A stretch of 64,000 nt of DNA from Alphaproteobacteria bacterium. Its GTDB lineage: Bacteria > Pseudomonadota > Alphaproteobacteria > CALKHQ01. Position numbers and translations under genes: made by a program. Below the pieces are notes generated by a model. That model did no database searches and was not told the origin of the DNA. It saw nothing but the letters and a program-made list of their open reading frames with translations. Position 1 is the first letter of the stretch. Each line of letters opens with the position of its first letter. Below are positions 60,243-64,000 of this stretch, in pieces. The stretch is taken from contig CBDDFZ010000001.1 in NCBI GenBank assembly GCA_965227515.1, positions 672,001-736,000 of the forward strand. Reading direction: 5' to 3'.

Positions 60243-61220
60243 TCAGAACACGTCCTTGATGGCGTCGATGGCGTTCAGCACCGACGGCGCCAGCAGCACG
60301 ATGAACAGCGGCGGCAGGATGAAGATGATCATCGGCACGGTCAGCACGGCCGGCAGCCGGGCCGCCTTCTCCTCCGCCTTCATCAGCCGCTCGTTGCGCA
60401 GCTCGGCGGCCAGAATGCGCAGCGAATGCGCCAGCGGCGTACCGTATTTCTCGGTCTGCATCAGCGTGTTGACCAGGGCGCGCATGGCCGCCAAGCCGGT
60501 CCGCTGGGCCAGATTGTCCAGCGCCTTGCGCCGTTCCGGCAGAAAGCTCAGCTCGACCGACGTCAGCGCCAACTCCTCGGCCAGGTCGGGATTGCTCAGG
60601 CTCATTTCGTCCGCGACCCGGTTGATCGCGGAATCCAGGTGCAGGCCGGCCTCGGCGCAGATCACCAGCAGATCCAGCGCATCGGGCAGGCCCTTCTGCA
60701 GCGATTGCTTGCGCTTGGAAGCCCGGTTGTAGACGTAGATGTCGGGGCCGAAATAACCCAGCAGGCCGGCGCCGATGACCGCCAGCATCTTGCCGAACCC
60801 GGACAGTTCGTAGAGCTCGGCGATGTAGACCGCGAACACCGCCACGCCGACGAACACGATCGGCAGCGCGATCTTGGCGAACATGAACTTGACCGGCGCA
60901 TCCGCGCTGCGGATGCCGCCGCGCGACAGCTTCATGTTGAGCGCTTCGGAGCTGTGCGACTTCATCAGCTTCAGTTTGCTGACGACAGTGCGCATCAGGC
61001 TCATCGCGGTTTCGCTGCTACGGCGCCGCTTCGGTGCCAGCGCGTCCTCGCGCAGGGCGGCGCGGTGTGCCAGCAGCTGGCGGGCGCGCTTGGCCATGGT
61101 GTTGTTGGGCACCAGCGCCATCCACAGCGCCAGCACCGTCAGCACGGCGGCCACCGCCGCCAGCGTGACGATGAAGTCGCCGGTCTCCATGCCGAACGGG
61201 ATCAGGTCTTCAAGGCTCAT
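60243..61220 (-). CDS. tadC: Tad pilus platform protein TadC
   Basis: LPDALDLLVICAEAG, QTEKYGTPL, AEEKAARLP. Confidence 0.92.
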   Translation of the reverse strand: MSLEDLIPFGMETGDFIVTLAAVAAVLTVLALWMALVPNNTMAKRARQLLAHRAALREDALAPKRRRSSETAMSLMRTVVSKLKLMKSHSSEALNMKLSRGGIRSADAPVKFMFAKIALPIVFVGVAVFAVYIAELYELSGFGKMLAVIGAGLLGYFGPDIYVYNRASKRKQSLQKGLPDALDLLVICAEAGLHLDSAINRVADEMSLSNPDLAEELALTSVELSFLPERRKALDNLAQRTGLAAMRALVNTLMQTEKYGTPLAHSLRILAAELRNERLMKAEEKAARLPAVLTVPMIIFILPPLFIVLLAPSVLNAIDAIKDVF

Positions 61221-62242
61221 ATCTCGAACCTCACCATCTTGGCCATCGCGGCAAAGCCGCAGAACAGCCACAACAGGCCGATCGCCAGCAGGACCTGACC
61301 GCGGGAATCGTAGAGCAGCGGATCGGAATAGCCGGCACTGATGGTGTTCAACAGGAAGAACATGACGAACGGCAGCGAGCCGATGATCAGCGCGCTGGCG
61401 CGTGCCTCCGACGACAGCGCCTTGATCTTCAGCTTGGCCTGCGCCCGCTTGCGCAGGATGTCGCTCAGGTTGGTCAGGGTCTCGGCCAGGTTACCGCCGG
61501 TCTCGCGCTGGATCGCCAGCGAGATGACGAAGAACTTGAACTCCGGCATGCCGATCCGCTCGGCCGCCGCCCACAAGGCTTCGTCCACCGACTTGCCGAA
61601 CTTGATCTGCTCGGTGATCGTGTGGAATTCGGTGCCCACGGGCGCGGCCATCTCGTTGCCGACCGTGGTCATGGACTCGGTGATCGGCAGGCCCGACTTC
61701 AGGCCGCGGACCAACAGGTCGATCGCCTCCGGAAACAGCTTGGTGAACTTGGCGCGCCGGCCTGCGATCATCCGGCCGACGACGAAGTGCGGCACCAGCA
61801 GCCCCATCACCAGGCCGAACAAGGCACTGGCGGCCAGCGGCAGGCCGATGAACTGCTTGATCAGGAACGTGAAGGCCATGATGGCGATGAACACCGCCAT
61901 CACGTACTCGCCGAGCTTGATGTTCTTGCCGGTGCGGCCCAGGCGGTATCGCAACAGGTCCGGACGCGGCACGAAGCGCTTCACCGCCATGTCGACGACG
62001 CCGAACGAACTGTCGGACGTCTTGATGCGCAGCTCCCGCGGCGCCTGCTGGGCGTCTTCCTCGACGTACTCGCCCTTGGCGCGCCGCATCACGGCGTTGG
62101 TGCGCCGCCGCCGCTTGGCACTGTTGTCGTTGCTGGCGGTCAGCGCGAGCCCGAGCAGCAGCACGACGAACACGGCGCCCACGCCGAGCAGCAGCATCGG
62201 CATCGGAATGCCGGCCACCTCCATCTCCATGAATCCGTCCAT
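61217..62242 (-). CDS. tadB: Tad pilus platform protein TadB
   Basis: FPEAIDLLVRGLKSG, IQRETGGNLAE, ALSSEARAS. Confidence 0.92.
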   Translation of the reverse strand: MDGFMEMEVAGIPMPMLLLGVGAVFVVLLLGLALTASNDNSAKRRRRTNAVMRRAKGEYVEEDAQQAPRELRIKTSDSSFGVVDMAVKRFVPRPDLLRYRLGRTGKNIKLGEYVMAVFIAIMAFTFLIKQFIGLPLAASALFGLVMGLLVPHFVVGRMIAGRRAKFTKLFPEAIDLLVRGLKSGLPITESMTTVGNEMAAPVGTEFHTITEQIKFGKSVDEALWAAAERIGMPEFKFFVISLAIQRETGGNLAETLTNLSDILRKRAQAKLKIKALSSEARASALIIGSLPFVMFFLLNTISAGYSDPLLYDSRGQVLLAIGLLWLFCGFAAMAKMVRFEI

Positions 62243-62274
62243 GCGTCGCGTCCTCGTCGCTGCCGGCGTCCGGG

Positions 62275-63936
<1,662 letters not shown>

Positions 63937-64000
63937 ACCTGCTCTCTTTCAGTGCGGCCATTGCATGCCCCCCCATGGGCGGCTGGTCGCTTCCTGGCCT

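Noticed and set aside
63949-64000. Possible 3' end of an upstream gene (cpaE expected by synteny)
   Set aside because: Only about 16 codons are visible, with no diagnostic motif

Overview
High-GC alphaproteobacterial chromosomal segment, Rhodospirillales-like by gene content. Mostly housekeeping: tldD, coq7, gpt, cystathionine beta-synthase, htpG, rpmJ, glcD, regB-regA, dppAB-dgoKA, envC-ctpA-deacetylase-rppH, groES-groEL with CIRCE, a GntR/C-S lyase/sugar-ABC operon and part of a Tad/Cpa pilus cluster. Accessory pieces are a ParE-type toxin-antitoxin pair, an AT-rich FRG gene next to a Fic gene, a Uma2 nuclease and at least four families of palindromic intergenic repeats. The highlight is a complete IS110-family (IS1111-type) element at 22776-24204. 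It is inserted at a CT core inside a GTAG-type REP, and its downstream non-coding end contains four short guide segments matching both its insertion target and its own end junction, i.e. a readable bridge/seek RNA. Removing the IS shows a DUF892 stress gene with its own EcfG-type promoter bracketed by 85-bp direct REP repeats, like a cassette. Six dispersed 174-179 bp elements have covarying hairpin ends and strongly diverged interiors of nearly fixed length. All product calls come from motif recognition by eye; no searches were run.
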